Shown here piece after piece: positions 1 through 9,234 of a stretch of DNA of 64,000 nt (position 1 is the first letter of the stretch; the number at the start of each line of letters is the position of its first letter). Origin of the DNA: Candidatus Nomurabacteria bacterium (GTDB lineage: Bacteria; Patescibacteriota; Minisyncoccia; Phycocordibacterales; CAIZLB01); assembly GCA_943356525.1 (NCBI GenBank), contig CALRFG010000006.1:4024-68023 (forward strand), read 5' to 3'. Under the pieces are notes generated by a model. That model saw nothing but the letters and a program-made list of their open reading frames with translations. It did not search any database and was not told the DNA's origin. A program made the translations under genes and the position numbers.

Positions 1-1
1 A

Positions 2-2170
2 GAATCACCATCAAAGATAAAGAAATTGGAAGCATTTCTTGGTAAAGATTATATTATCATGTCATCTATTGGCCACATCAGAGACCTACCTAAATCAAAT
101 AAAAAAGCTATAGATATAGAGGCTGGGTTTATTCCCCATTATGAAGTATCTCGTGGAAAAGAAAAGGTTATCCACGACCTAGAGCAAGCTCTTCACAAAG
201 TAGACGATGTTTACCTTGCATCTGATCCTGACCGTGAAGGAGAGGCTATTGCTTGGCATTTAAAAGAAGCTCTGCAGCTTAAAAAACCAAAACGTATAAC
301 TTACAATGAGATCACAAAGGAAGCTGTTCTAGAGGCTTTGAAACACCCTAGGGAGATAGATATGAACATGTTTAGAGCTCAAGAAGCTCGTCGTGTATTG
401 GACAGACTGGTAGGTTATGATTTGTCAGGTCTTATCTGGAAAAAAGTTCGATATGGTTTATCTGCTGGACGTGTACAATCACCTGCACTACGTATTGTTA
501 TGGAAAGAGAAAGAGAGATACGTGCTTTCATACCAGAAGCTTATTATGTACTCTATGCAAACCTTTCACAATCAGGAAATAAAACCGATGTACTCAAGTT
601 TACATGTTTAGAGGAAATAAAAGATAAAAAAAGAGCTGAAGAGATTGTTAACAAATCTCAATTAAATAAAAATAATTGGACAGTAATAGATATAACGGAA
701 ACAGAAGTAAAACGTACTTCTCGCGCCCCGTTTATAACATCGACTATACAACAAGTAGCATCTACTCGTTTAGGATTTTCTCCATCCCGTACAATGCGTG
801 CTGCCCAAAAACTATACGAACAAGGTCACATAACTTATATGAGAACAGATAGTACAAGTTTAAGTGTCTCGGCATTGGACTCTATTGAACAATTTATTAT
901 AAAAAATTATGATAAAAAATACTTAGACAGAAAAAACTTTGCATCAAAATCTAAAAATGCACAAGAAGCCCATGAGGCTATACGTCCATCGGATATAAAA
1001 AAAATAAATGCTGGTATATCTGATGATGAGAAAAAACTTTATCGAATGATACATAACAGAACTCTTTCTTCTCAGATGTCTGATGCCTTGACTTTGAGAA
1101 CTAAAATAACATCATCAATCAAAGAATATAAAGCAGAAAAATTTCCTGAATTTTCTCTGAATGGTTCTCGTATACTTTTTGATGGCTGGCTTGTGGCTGA
1201 TCCAGAGTCTGCTGGTGAAGATGTTGCAGTTCCAGCATTATCTAAAGGTATGGGAATGGATTTTATATCTATAGAAAATCATGAAAAGTTTACAGAGCCA
1301 CCTAGTCGCTATACTGAAGCGGGACTTATCAAAGAACTTGATAAAAGAGGTATAGGTCGTCCTTCAACTTTCGCATCTATTATGCGTACCCTTGAGGATA
1401 GACAATATGTTGAAAAACTTGGACGTGCATTGAAACCAACTGACACAGGTGATGTTGTTTCTACTTTTCTTGAGGAAAATTTTGCAGACTATATAAGTGA
1501 CTCGTTTACTTCAGATATGGAAGATAAACTTGACCTTATTGCAAACGGTGAAGCAAAATATTTACAAACTCTAAAAGATTTTTACGGTCCATTTACAAAA
1601 GAAGTACAATTAAAAAGTACATCTGCAAAGATAACGGATCTAGGATCATCTGATTTCAAGTGCCCAAAATGTGGTGAAGCGATGATAGTAAAATTGTCAC
1701 GAAATGGAAAGTTTTTGTCATGTTCTAAGTTTCCAGAATGTGATGGCGCATTAACTATTGAAGGTGTTGAAATAAAGGACGATGAACCGATCGGAACTGA
1801 TCCGGAATCCGGACTTCCTATATATGTAAAAACTGGTCGCTTTGGTCCTTATGTGATGCTTGGTGAAAAGACTAAAGAAAATAAAAAACCTCGTATGGCG
1901 AGTATTCCGAAAGAGGTTGACCTAGCCCATGTCTCTATGGAGCAAGCTTTGTTATATCTTTCATTGCCGAGAGTGTTAGGTGTAAATCCAAGCAATGGAA
2001 AAGAAGTTATCGCCAACAAGGGTCGTTTTGGACCTTATGTGGGTTGTGAGAGAGATTTCAGATCATTGAAGACTCAGGATGTACATAAGGTGACACTAGA
2101 GGAGGCTTTGGAATTGTTAAATACACCGAAGAAACCTAGAGGTTTTCAGAAGAAAGATAAAGCTTCATAA
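2..2170 (+). CDS. topA: DNA topoisomerase I (5'-truncated by window edge)
   Basis: Frame open from base 2 (ESPSKIKK). TOPRIM motifs SIGHIRDL and ASDPDREGEAIAWH, SAGRVQS, catalytic ITYMRTDS, one C4 zinc ribbon, C-terminal GRFGPY repeats. Confidence 0.97.
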   Translation, partial: ESPSKIKKLEAFLGKDYIIMSSIGHIRDLPKSNKKAIDIEAGFIPHYEVSRGKEKVIHDLEQALHKVDDVYLASDPDREGEAIAWHLKEALQLKKPKRITYNEITKEAVLEALKHPREIDMNMFRAQEARRVLDRLVGYDLSGLIWKKVRYGLSAGRVQSPALRIVMEREREIRAFIPEAYYVLYANLSQSGNKTDVLKFTCLEEIKDKKRAEEIVNKSQLNKNNWTVIDITETEVKRTSRAPFITSTIQQVASTRLGFSPSRTMRAAQKLYEQGHITYMRTDSTSLSVSALDSIEQFIIKNYDKKYLDRKNFASKSKNAQEAHEAIRPSDIKKINAGISDDEKKLYRMIHNRTLSSQMSDALTLRTKITSSIKEYKAEKFPEFSLNGSRILFDGWLVADPESAGEDVAVPALSKGMGMDFISIENHEKFTEPPSRYTEAGLIKELDKRGIGRPSTFASIMRTLEDRQYVEKLGRALKPTDTGDVVSTFLEENFADYISDSFTSDMEDKLDLIANGEAKYLQTLKDFYGPFTKEVQLKSTSAKITDLGSSDFKCPKCGEAMIVKLSRNGKFLSCSKFPECDGALTIEGVEIKDDEPIGTDPESGLPIYVKTGRFGPYVMLGEKTKENKKPRMASIPKEVDLAHVSMEQALLYLSLPRVLGVNPSNGKEVIANKGRFGPYVGCERDFRSLKTQDVHKVTLEEALELLNTPKKPRGFQKKDKAS

Positions 2171-2207
2171 AAAATAAGAGTATCCAATGAAAGGATACTC
2201 TTATTTT
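2171..2207. terminator. Bidirectional intrinsic terminator between convergent topA and parB
   Basis: aaaataagagtatcc-N7-ggatactcttatttt inverted repeat with A/T tails. Confidence 0.8.
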
Positions 2208-2224
2208 ATTATTCAACTTTAGGA

Positions 2225-3205
2225 CTAAACCGAGAAATTCATCACACTATATATATCCGGATCCTCCTCCTTGTATTCCTCTTTAGTAGACATCGTTGCA
2301 TTTTCTATAATAATCTCATCACCATTATCATTTACTAAAACTGAAGTTGTATCCTGGTCATCATCTAACTTTTCACTTTGTTCATTTTGAAGCTTGTCCA
2401 ATAATTTTCTCAAATCAACAAGATCATAATAGTCGATAGTAATCTTACCTCCTTGTTCCCTGCTCTCGATATGAACTTTTGTGCCCAAAACTTCGTTAAA
2501 CTTATTTTCAAATTCTATTATTTCTGGATTCAATTCTTTCTCTGGTTTTCTAGCTCTATCTTTTGCTATACGTCGAGCTATCATTTCTGATTCGCGGACA
2601 TTTAGTTTTCTTGTCAATATGTCTTGAAAAAGTGTCTCTTGTTCCTCAGGACGGTCCACAAGCATCAGAAGTGGTCTTGTATGTCCCTCTGTTATTCTCT
2701 TCTCACTTAGAGCTTGTAGCATATGATCAGGTAGATTTAGAAGCCTCATACTATTTGTAACGTATTCACGAGATTTACCCATCTTAACAGCAACCTCAGC
2801 ATGTTTAAAACCAAACTCTTTAACAAGCTGTTGAAAAGCTTTGGCACGATCTATAACATTCAAATCCTCTCTTTGAATATTTTCTATGATAGCTAGCTCC
2901 AGTTTTGTTCTAGCGTCTTCTTCTTTGGCACGTATGATAGACGGAATCTGCGATAAACCTGCAAGTTTTGCCGCACGTGTACGACGCTCACCTGATATAA
3001 GCTCATAATGCACTGCTAAACCACCATCATCTTTGGTAGTTTCGATACGAGTTACAGTTATGGGCTGCAAAAGACCATACATGCGAATGGACTCAGATAA
3101 ATCTTGCAATGCATTTTGATCAAAATCTCTACGTGGTTGATAAGGATTTGGTTTTATTTTCTCTATCTCTATCCAAAAAATAGAGTCGCTATAATACTGT
3201 GACAT
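2225..3205 (-). CDS. parB: ParB/Spo0J chromosome partition protein
   Basis: PNPYQPRR, LISGERRTRA, IIENIQREDLN, HTH (GKSREYVTNSMRLL). ATG at 3205 preferred over TTG at 3235. Confidence 0.93.
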   Translation of the reverse strand: MSQYYSDSIFWIEIEKIKPNPYQPRRDFDQNALQDLSESIRMYGLLQPITVTRIETTKDDGGLAVHYELISGERRTRAAKLAGLSQIPSIIRAKEEDARTKLELAIIENIQREDLNVIDRAKAFQQLVKEFGFKHAEVAVKMGKSREYVTNSMRLLNLPDHMLQALSEKRITEGHTRPLLMLVDRPEEQETLFQDILTRKLNVRESEMIARRIAKDRARKPEKELNPEIIEFENKFNEVLGTKVHIESREQGGKITIDYYDLVDLRKLLDKLQNEQSEKLDDDQDTTSVLVNDNGDEIIIENATMSTKEEYKEEDPDIYSVMNFSV

Positions 3206-3288
3206 ATATTCAAATCTTAACATATTCTTCGGCAAAACTTTATCTTTTCTTTATGAGAACTTTATGTCCATATTGTTAATATATCTCT

Positions 3289-4122
3289 ATGCAAATAAAA
3301 AACTATGAAGAAAAATTATTCGAAGCAATTTATTCATCTGTACTAGAAAATATGTTAAGCATATGCAAACAGAGTGACATAGATTGTATCATCAATAAAT
3401 TGGGTAAAAATAATAAATTTCTAAAATCAATATGCTTATTGCCTTATTGGTTCTATGACTGTTTTGAAAATGAAAACGTTGTAGATTTACAAAATGAGTT
3501 ATTTATTCTAGGGAAAGCTAATCTGCAAGCTTGGATATCTTATACTCTGTACGACTATATCAGAGATGGAAAAATTGAGAAAATACATATCAACCTTAGT
3601 GTATCTGTTGCAAATATCATGATGCAAAAATCAATCAAAGATTTCTACGGTTTAGTGAACAGTGATAAAAATAAGATTAATATTATAAATAATTTGCTAA
3701 ACACAATAGACGCACATTATCTTGATAATAAAACTGTAGAGGATATACATTATCATTTCAAATACATGTGTGACAATTCTTATAAAAAATCCATAGGCAC
3801 GGCAATAGTTTCTATGATTATAAACTGGCTTTTAGGATATGAAATAAATAGTAATAATTACATAGAAACATTTGAGTTTTTTAAAAATTATCTAAATGCT
3901 CGACAATTATCCGATGACGAAAAAGATATGGTCGATGATATGTTAAATAACACATACACAGCGGCTACTTTTCTTATGCGAGCACAGTATGGTAGCGACT
4001 ATATACGTACAATGATGAGGTCTCGAATAGATATGAGTATGAGGCTAGCTCATGACAGTCTTCGAAATATGTCATTTTTTGATTATGAAAAATTTATTGA
4101 GTTGTATGTGGGAGAGTGTTAA
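3289..4122 (+). CDS. Hypothetical protein with class I isoprenoid-synthase (IPPS/ComQ)-like Asp motifs
   Basis: 277-aa ORF with YTLYDYIRDG and RQLSDDEKD, resembling FARM/SARM motifs. Confidence 0.5.
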   Translation: MQIKNYEEKLFEAIYSSVLENMLSICKQSDIDCIINKLGKNNKFLKSICLLPYWFYDCFENENVVDLQNELFILGKANLQAWISYTLYDYIRDGKIEKIHINLSVSVANIMMQKSIKDFYGLVNSDKNKINIINNLLNTIDAHYLDNKTVEDIHYHFKYMCDNSYKKSIGTAIVSMIINWLLGYEINSNNYIETFEFFKNYLNARQLSDDEKDMVDDMLNNTYTAATFLMRAQYGSDYIRTMMRSRIDMSMRLAHDSLRNMSFFDYEKFIELYVGEC

Positions 4123-5288
4123 TGATGATGTGAGTGAGACATATGTTTTAAGGCATACTCTTCTTTTTCTAAAGTATCTTTATCTACATGATCATTTTTA
4201 AGATGTTTTGTAAGTATGTAAACTGAAACCATGGTGGTTATAGGTACAGCCAATATCAAACCTATACTTCCTATCATTGTTCTAACTATCTCAGTAGAAA
4301 ATATTTCTCTGTTCATTGTTACAAAAACGCTTTCATTTGATGACTGGGTAAATAATAAAAGTAAAGGTAAAGATGTTCCAACATATGCGATTGCAAGAGT
4401 GTTGACCAATGCACCTATATGTTCACGTCCCATTCTTATAGCTCTTTGATAAATAAGTTTCTTTGGCATATGCGGTGCTGCACGAAGTAACTCTTCTACT
4501 GATATAGCCTGTCCTATGGCAACATCATATAAAACTCCAAGAAGACCAATCATTATTCCGCCAAGTAATAAACCTAAAACATCTATATTGCCACCAGCGT
4601 TTAAGTTTAAATACACAACATCTTCAGAGCCAAAGCCACTTAGTCTAGTAAAATATACAGACCAGTAAGCAAATAGACCTGTGAATGATACTGTTGCTAT
4701 CATACCTAAAACAGCTGATGATGTTGTTTTGTTTACACCATGAGTTATATATGATCCAACGATAATAATCAGCGAAGAAACAGCTATGGTCACAAGCAGG
4801 GGTGAATAGCCTTGGAGTATACCTGGTAAAAGTACATAAAGTATCAACAGAAAACTTCCAACCAAACTCACAACACCTCGAACACCCTGCATACCACCAA
4901 ACACAAAAACAGCGATGAGAAATAATGCAACTAAAAATAACAACTGCGGTGTTCTATATGGTTCATCTACATTATAATAATCAATACCGTCAACAGAGTT
5001 TGATGTTTGCCTCAAGTAAAATTTTTCTCCAACCTTTAGATTCAGATGATCATTATCAATGATCATCTCTCTATCTTTTTCAAGCCCTTCTAAAATCTTT
5101 ATCTTTATAGTCTGGCTACTGTGTTTAGCGTCAGTACCTGGAACATCTATCATTTCTTGTTTCAATATTTCAAGCACTTTAGCTTTCATAACGATTTGCT
5201 TATCAGGAATAATTTCTGAACCTTCTTGTGCCTTAACGAGTAAAAAAGGTGAGAAAAGTAATATGGTTATTATAAGGTATTTTTTCAT
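4119..5288 (-). CDS. YibE/F family membrane protein
   Basis: Multiple TM segments, GVLYDVAIGQ, GREHIGALVNTLAIAYVG, EIVRTMIGSIGLILAVPITT; His-rich C-terminus. Alternative TTG start at 5306. Confidence 0.88.
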   Translation of the reverse strand: MKKYLIITILLFSPFLLVKAQEGSEIIPDKQIVMKAKVLEILKQEMIDVPGTDAKHSSQTIKIKILEGLEKDREMIIDNDHLNLKVGEKFYLRQTSNSVDGIDYYNVDEPYRTPQLLFLVALFLIAVFVFGGMQGVRGVVSLVGSFLLILYVLLPGILQGYSPLLVTIAVSSLIIIVGSYITHGVNKTTSSAVLGMIATVSFTGLFAYWSVYFTRLSGFGSEDVVYLNLNAGGNIDVLGLLLGGIMIGLLGVLYDVAIGQAISVEELLRAAPHMPKKLIYQRAIRMGREHIGALVNTLAIAYVGTSLPLLLLFTQSSNESVFVTMNREIFSTEIVRTMIGSIGLILAVPITTMVSVYILTKHLKNDHVDKDTLEKEEYALKHMSHSHHH

Positions 5289-5306
5289 ATGATTAATTTT
5301 TTTCAA

Positions 5307-5729
5307 TTATTTTATTACGCATTTTTTACAAAGACCAAAAAGTTCTAGAGAATGTTTTGTTATTATATTAAATTTATTTGAATTTTTTAAAACTTTATCT
5401 GTAAGGTTATCAATGTCACATACTTCAAAACCTTCAACCATTCCACAATCAGTACAGATTATGTGGTGATGATGATGTCCTGATAATTCATAGTATGCAG
5501 AATCTTTTTGAAGATCTACATGCTTTAGTATACCAACATTTTCAAATGAAGTTAAAGTTCTATATATAGTTACTATGTTAACTTTTTCTTTTTTAAGTTT
5601 TTTGAAAATGAATTCAGCATTTATAGGCTCACAGTCATGAGAAAAAACCTTTAAGATGGCTAGTCTGGTTGGGGTTATTTTAAAACCATTTATTTTGAGT
5701 ATATTTTCCAAATCATGATTATGCACCAT
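5307..5729 (-). CDS. Fur family transcriptional regulator (probably Zur-like)
   Basis: KITPTRLAIL, VTIYRTL, HHHHIICTDCG, C-terminal CKKC. Confidence 0.92.
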   Translation of the reverse strand: MVHNHDLENILKINGFKITPTRLAILKVFSHDCEPINAEFIFKKLKKEKVNIVTIYRTLTSFENVGILKHVDLQKDSAYYELSGHHHHHIICTDCGMVEGFEVCDIDNLTDKVLKNSNKFNIITKHSLELFGLCKKCVIK

Positions 5730-5750
5730 ATATATGTATAATATGTCAAA

Positions 5751-5806
5751 TGCAAATGATTTGCAATCAAAAATAGTTATGCTATACTAAATGCAACTCA
5801 TTTGCA
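5751..5806. promoter_or_regulatory. Two 7-1-7 Fur-family operator boxes flanking a sigma70 promoter
   Basis: TGCAAAT-G-ATTTGCA (5751-5765, perfect) and TGCAACT-C-ATTTGCA (5792-5806); -35 TTGCAA 5761-5766; extended -10 TGcTATACT 5780-5788. Confidence 0.75.
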
Positions 5807-5853
5807 CACACTCCTGTGTCGCTTTTGGGTCTGAACCTAAACCAAATACTGAT

Positions 5854-5943
5854 ATGAAATACAAAATCGCCCGTCTACCAGCTATCCCTCGTCGCCGTAA
5901 CTGCTGTGACGGCAGTGGATGCTCGTCCTGCACCGACAGCTAA
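5854..5943 (+). CDS. Small Cys-rich peptide MKYKIARLPAIPRRRNCCDGSGCSSCTDS (29 aa), not in ORF track
   Basis: ATG 5854 to TAA 5941-5943, downstream of the Fur-boxed promoter and followed by a terminator; CC-x4-CxxC; in-frame upstream ATG at 5791. Confidence 0.55.
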   Translation: MKYKIARLPAIPRRRNCCDGSGCSSCTDS

Positions 5944-5959
5944 TAATTAGCAATCCCTT

Positions 5960-5994
5960 GGGGTCGGCACCACAGTGTGCCTTCCCCATTTTTT
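5960..5994 (+). terminator. Intrinsic terminator or attenuator between the small ORF and the CooC-like gene
   Basis: gggg-tc-ggcac-cacagt-gtgcc-tt-cccc followed by atttttt. Confidence 0.65.
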
Positions 5995-6015
5995 ATACAC
6001 ACAATAAACAAACAT

Positions 6016-6837
6016 ATGATAATTGGATTTTTAGGAAAAGGTGGATCTGGAAAATCTACCCTATCAACAAAAGTTATAAACTTTTTAAGTCAAAACAAAA
6101 ACAACATTATTCTTGCAATAGATGCAGACTATAACATGGACTTGCTTCACAACCTTGAAGCTGGTGATGATTTGCAGTTCCTTGGTGACGATGCAAAATT
6201 TTTAATGAAAATAGTTTTAGATGTTGATGAAAAAGCAATGTATGCAGATATTGTGTTAGACAAAAATAACGCCAATAAATTTTCAATATCACAACCCGAC
6301 GAATTTACGGAAAAACACAGTAAAAAAATAAAAGAAAATCTACGCTTGATGGCGGTAGGACCACATTCTGATAATGTACTCAATGGTAAAATGTGTTCGC
6401 ATGGATTAGGTGCTTTATTAAAAGCATACTTACCGCTTTTAAGGATTGATAAAAATGAATACGTAATTGTTGATGAAAAAGCTGGAGTAGACAGTGTCGG
6501 CACAGGTATACCTTCTGGGTTTAACATGTCTATCATAGTAGTTGAAGCAACTGTTTATGGGGTGAAGGCAGCAAAACAGATATCAAATCTATTGGAAAAT
6601 CATTATCATCTTCCATATGCCTATATAATAAATAAAGTAAAAGTAGATAGTGATTTAGATATAATAAAAAAAGAGTTGGATGAAAAACACATAATAGACT
6701 ATATACCTTTTGGTGAAAATATAGATGATATATACGCCGAAAAGATAATCATACATGTTCAAAAATATATAAAAGAAAATGGAGACAACAGGTATACACA
6801 AAGTATACTTAAGTTTAAAAATAATATGCTAACATAA
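6016..6837 (+). CDS. CooC/AcsF-like (MinD-class) P-loop ATPase, putative metallochaperone
   Basis: MIIGFLGKGGSGKST deviant Walker A, LAIDADYN, CSH at the CooC CxC position, VDEKAG. Confidence 0.8.
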   Translation: MIIGFLGKGGSGKSTLSTKVINFLSQNKNNIILAIDADYNMDLLHNLEAGDDLQFLGDDAKFLMKIVLDVDEKAMYADIVLDKNNANKFSISQPDEFTEKHSKKIKENLRLMAVGPHSDNVLNGKMCSHGLGALLKAYLPLLRIDKNEYVIVDEKAGVDSVGTGIPSGFNMSIIVVEATVYGVKAAKQISNLLENHYHLPYAYIINKVKVDSDLDIIKKELDEKHIIDYIPFGENIDDIYAEKIIIHVQKYIKENGDNRYTQSILKFKNNMLT

Positions 6838-6841
6838 AACC

Positions 6842-7534
6842 ATGTCATTAACATACATAGCAATATTAGCTTTTTTATCAACACTATTCGGTGGATATAT
6901 AGCTTTCAAATATAAACGATTTATACATATTTTTTCAGGATTTACAGCTGGAACATTATTGGCACTTATTTTCTTGGAAATAATTCCTGAAGTTGTAGAG
7001 TTGAACGATTCCCCTCTTATTTTATTATCTGTAATAGCTGGTTTTATATTTTTTCATATTATTGAAAAAATATTTTCATTGCATAGTCATCATGAAGATA
7101 ATCATGAAAATCACAATCATATATCATCTAAAAAAATAGGTGCCTGGGCTTTGATACTTCATTCACTTTTTGACGGTATTGCTATAGGTCTAGCATACAA
7201 TGTATCCCCTGCTTTTGGACTTATTGTTGCTATAGGTGTTATAGCTCATGATTTTTCAGATGGTTTTAATACTGTTACATTAAGTCATTCTAAAAAATTA
7301 TTGTTTATTGACGCAGTGGCTCCTATGCTAGGAATAATTATCGGATCATTTTTTGAATTTCCAAATAATATAATGGCCGTACTATTTGGTTTGTTTGCCG
7401 GAGTACTTTTATATGTCTCCACATCAGACATATTGCCTGAGGCCCATTGTGATAATAAAAAACACATGACTCAAAACTTGTTGGCCATGATTATTGGGGT
7501 TATGTATATCGTTACAGTTATATCTTTGGGGTAA
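6842..7534 (+). CDS. ZIP family (ZupT-like) metal transporter
   Basis: His-rich loop HSHHEDNHENHNH, HSLFDGIAIG, AHDFSDG, DILPEAH. Confidence 0.92.
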   Translation: MSLTYIAILAFLSTLFGGYIAFKYKRFIHIFSGFTAGTLLALIFLEIIPEVVELNDSPLILLSVIAGFIFFHIIEKIFSLHSHHEDNHENHNHISSKKIGAWALILHSLFDGIAIGLAYNVSPAFGLIVAIGVIAHDFSDGFNTVTLSHSKKLLFIDAVAPMLGIIIGSFFEFPNNIMAVLFGLFAGVLLYVSTSDILPEAHCDNKKHMTQNLLAMIIGVMYIVTVISLG

Positions 7535-7542
7535 TTTTAAAC

Positions 7543-7681
7543 AAAAAAAATTAGGGCGGGAGAACTTTCACCAACAACAAGCGATGTACGCTGTCTGTGA
7601 TTATTCACCCCGCCCTTTATTGAGTTTTTTGCTATCCGTTACTCCCCCCCGGGTAACAACGGACCACTTATGTTCTCAACA
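7543..7681 (-). ncRNA. Candidate unannotated structured small RNA (~140 nt)
   Basis: GC-rich two-domain stem-loop with G-U pairs on the minus strand; TTGACT-17-TAGTAT promoter (7716-7688); poly-U end at 7550-7543. Confidence 0.5.
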
Positions 7682-7753
7682 ATTAAAATACTATACCTTC
7701 TATAAATTAAAGTCAAGTTTACTGTGGATAGCCTTTCTAATATAATATACTAC

Positions 7754-8194
7754 ATGATCAAGAAAATTAGTAATTTTATCCTGGTGAATGCGATTTACCT
7801 TATATTACTACAGCTTATACTAGCACTATTGGGTAGTCTATATTTTTCAAATGTAAAAGGTTTTGAACCATGTATACTATGCTGGTGGCAAAGAATATTT
7901 ATGTATTCACAGATTCCAGTGATAGCTGTAGCTCTATTTAAAAAAGAAATTGATATTTACAAATACACTCTAACATTATCAATACTTGGAATAATTATAT
8001 CTATTTATCATAATCTTTTATACGTGGGTATTATAAAAAATGAAGATTTTTGTACGCGTGGTATATCATGTACTAGTAAATACATAGAATATTTTGGTTT
8101 CGTGACCATTCCTCTCCTAGCATTAATAGCATTTAGTGTTATCATAACTTTATCACTTATTAGTAGATATTATATAAAAAACAGAATAAAATAA
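7754..8194 (+). CDS. dsbB: Disulfide bond formation protein DsbB/BdbC
   Basis: GSLYFS...PCILCWWQRIFMY, second Cys pair CTRGISC, FVTIPLLALIAF. Confidence 0.9.
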   Translation: MIKKISNFILVNAIYLILLQLILALLGSLYFSNVKGFEPCILCWWQRIFMYSQIPVIAVALFKKEIDIYKYTLTLSILGIIISIYHNLLYVGIIKNEDFCTRGISCTSKYIEYFGFVTIPLLALIAFSVIITLSLISRYYIKNRIK

Positions 8195-8202
8195 AAAATA
8201 AT

Positions 8203-8910
8203 ATGAAAACAGAAACAAAAGTAACTATAGGAATATTCGCAGCAACAGCAATTATTATCTTTGGGGGTATAACCCTGTACAAAGGAAGTGTTGTACCTGA
8301 AGGACCAAAAGATTATTCTAAGTATGTAAACACTGGGTTAGAGTTAGATAAAATAAAAGTATCTCGAGACTATAACCCTAAGATAACAGGTGTATCTTTA
8401 TCAACAAGCACGGCATCAACTACATTGATACGGGTAACTGAGTTTTTAGATTATGAATGCCCGGCCTGTGCTACAAATGGAGAACCTCTTGTTAAAGCCT
8501 TGCTCTTAAAATACGGTTCAAATATAGTAGTAACTAGAAAAATATTCCCAGTACATGGTCAAGCTTCCGTTGATGTAGCTCGTGTTGTTTTGGCTTCGCA
8601 AATACTTGGTAGCGAGGTTTATCAATCTATACATACAAAAGTTTTTGAAACTCAACAAAAATGGGCTGTACTTGGAAAAAAAGATAGAGAGGAGTATGTA
8701 AAAAAACTTATAGTTGACATGGGTGTTGATTATGATAAAGTTTTTGCCGAATCTCGTGATCAAAAATATGTAGATCAAGTAACACAAGATAAGCAAGATG
8801 CTATGGATCTTGGTATAAAAGCTACACCTTCGTTTATCATAGGAAATAACACTCGAATAACAGGAGGTTTACCTTTTGATGAGATAACAAAATATATTGA
8901 CACCAATTAG
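8203..8910 (+). CDS. DsbA/BdbD family thioredoxin-fold oxidoreductase
   Basis: N-terminal TM anchor, EFLDYECPAC, GIKATPSF cis-Pro loop; adjacent to dsbB. Confidence 0.88.
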   Translation: MKTETKVTIGIFAATAIIIFGGITLYKGSVVPEGPKDYSKYVNTGLELDKIKVSRDYNPKITGVSLSTSTASTTLIRVTEFLDYECPACATNGEPLVKALLLKYGSNIVVTRKIFPVHGQASVDVARVVLASQILGSEVYQSIHTKVFETQQKWAVLGKKDREEYVKKLIVDMGVDYDKVFAESRDQKYVDQVTQDKQDAMDLGIKATPSFIIGNNTRITGGLPFDEITKYIDTN

Positions 8911-8950
8911 TTTGTAATGTTATATTGTAAAGGTCAAGCATTATGAAATT

Positions 8951-9166
8951 ATGGAAGAAATACATTACATACCGCCAACAGATAAAGATAAAATTATAAC
9001 AGATATCGAAACAGAATTGTTTTGTTTAAAAGACACACCCAGAAGTATAACACCTTGTAAGCAAACCGGTGAGACTTTTCAACAAAATTTTACCCCTAAA
9101 GGAAAAACAGCCTTCGACTATTATGGAGGAAATGGATATTTGGGACGAGGATTTAAAGATGACTAA
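8951..9166 (+). CDS. Small hypothetical protein
   Basis: 71-aa ATG ORF followed by a hairpin/T-tract at ~9180-9213. Confidence 0.45.
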   Translation: MEEIHYIPPTDKDKIITDIETELFCLKDTPRSITPCKQTGETFQQNFTPKGKTAFDYYGGNGYLGRGFKDD

Positions 9167-9234
9167 ACTAATATACTTTAAAAAAAGACCCCTAACCCGG
9201 GTCTAATTTTTTTATTTACTATAAAGACAGTTTT

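Noticed and set aside
5919-6134. 71-aa ORF
   Set aside because: Out of frame with and overlapping the CooC-like gene, and spans the terminator.
7494-7745. 83-aa ORF across the ZIP-dsbB gap
   Set aside because: Non-ATG start, overlaps both neighbours, and the region is better explained as a structured RNA.
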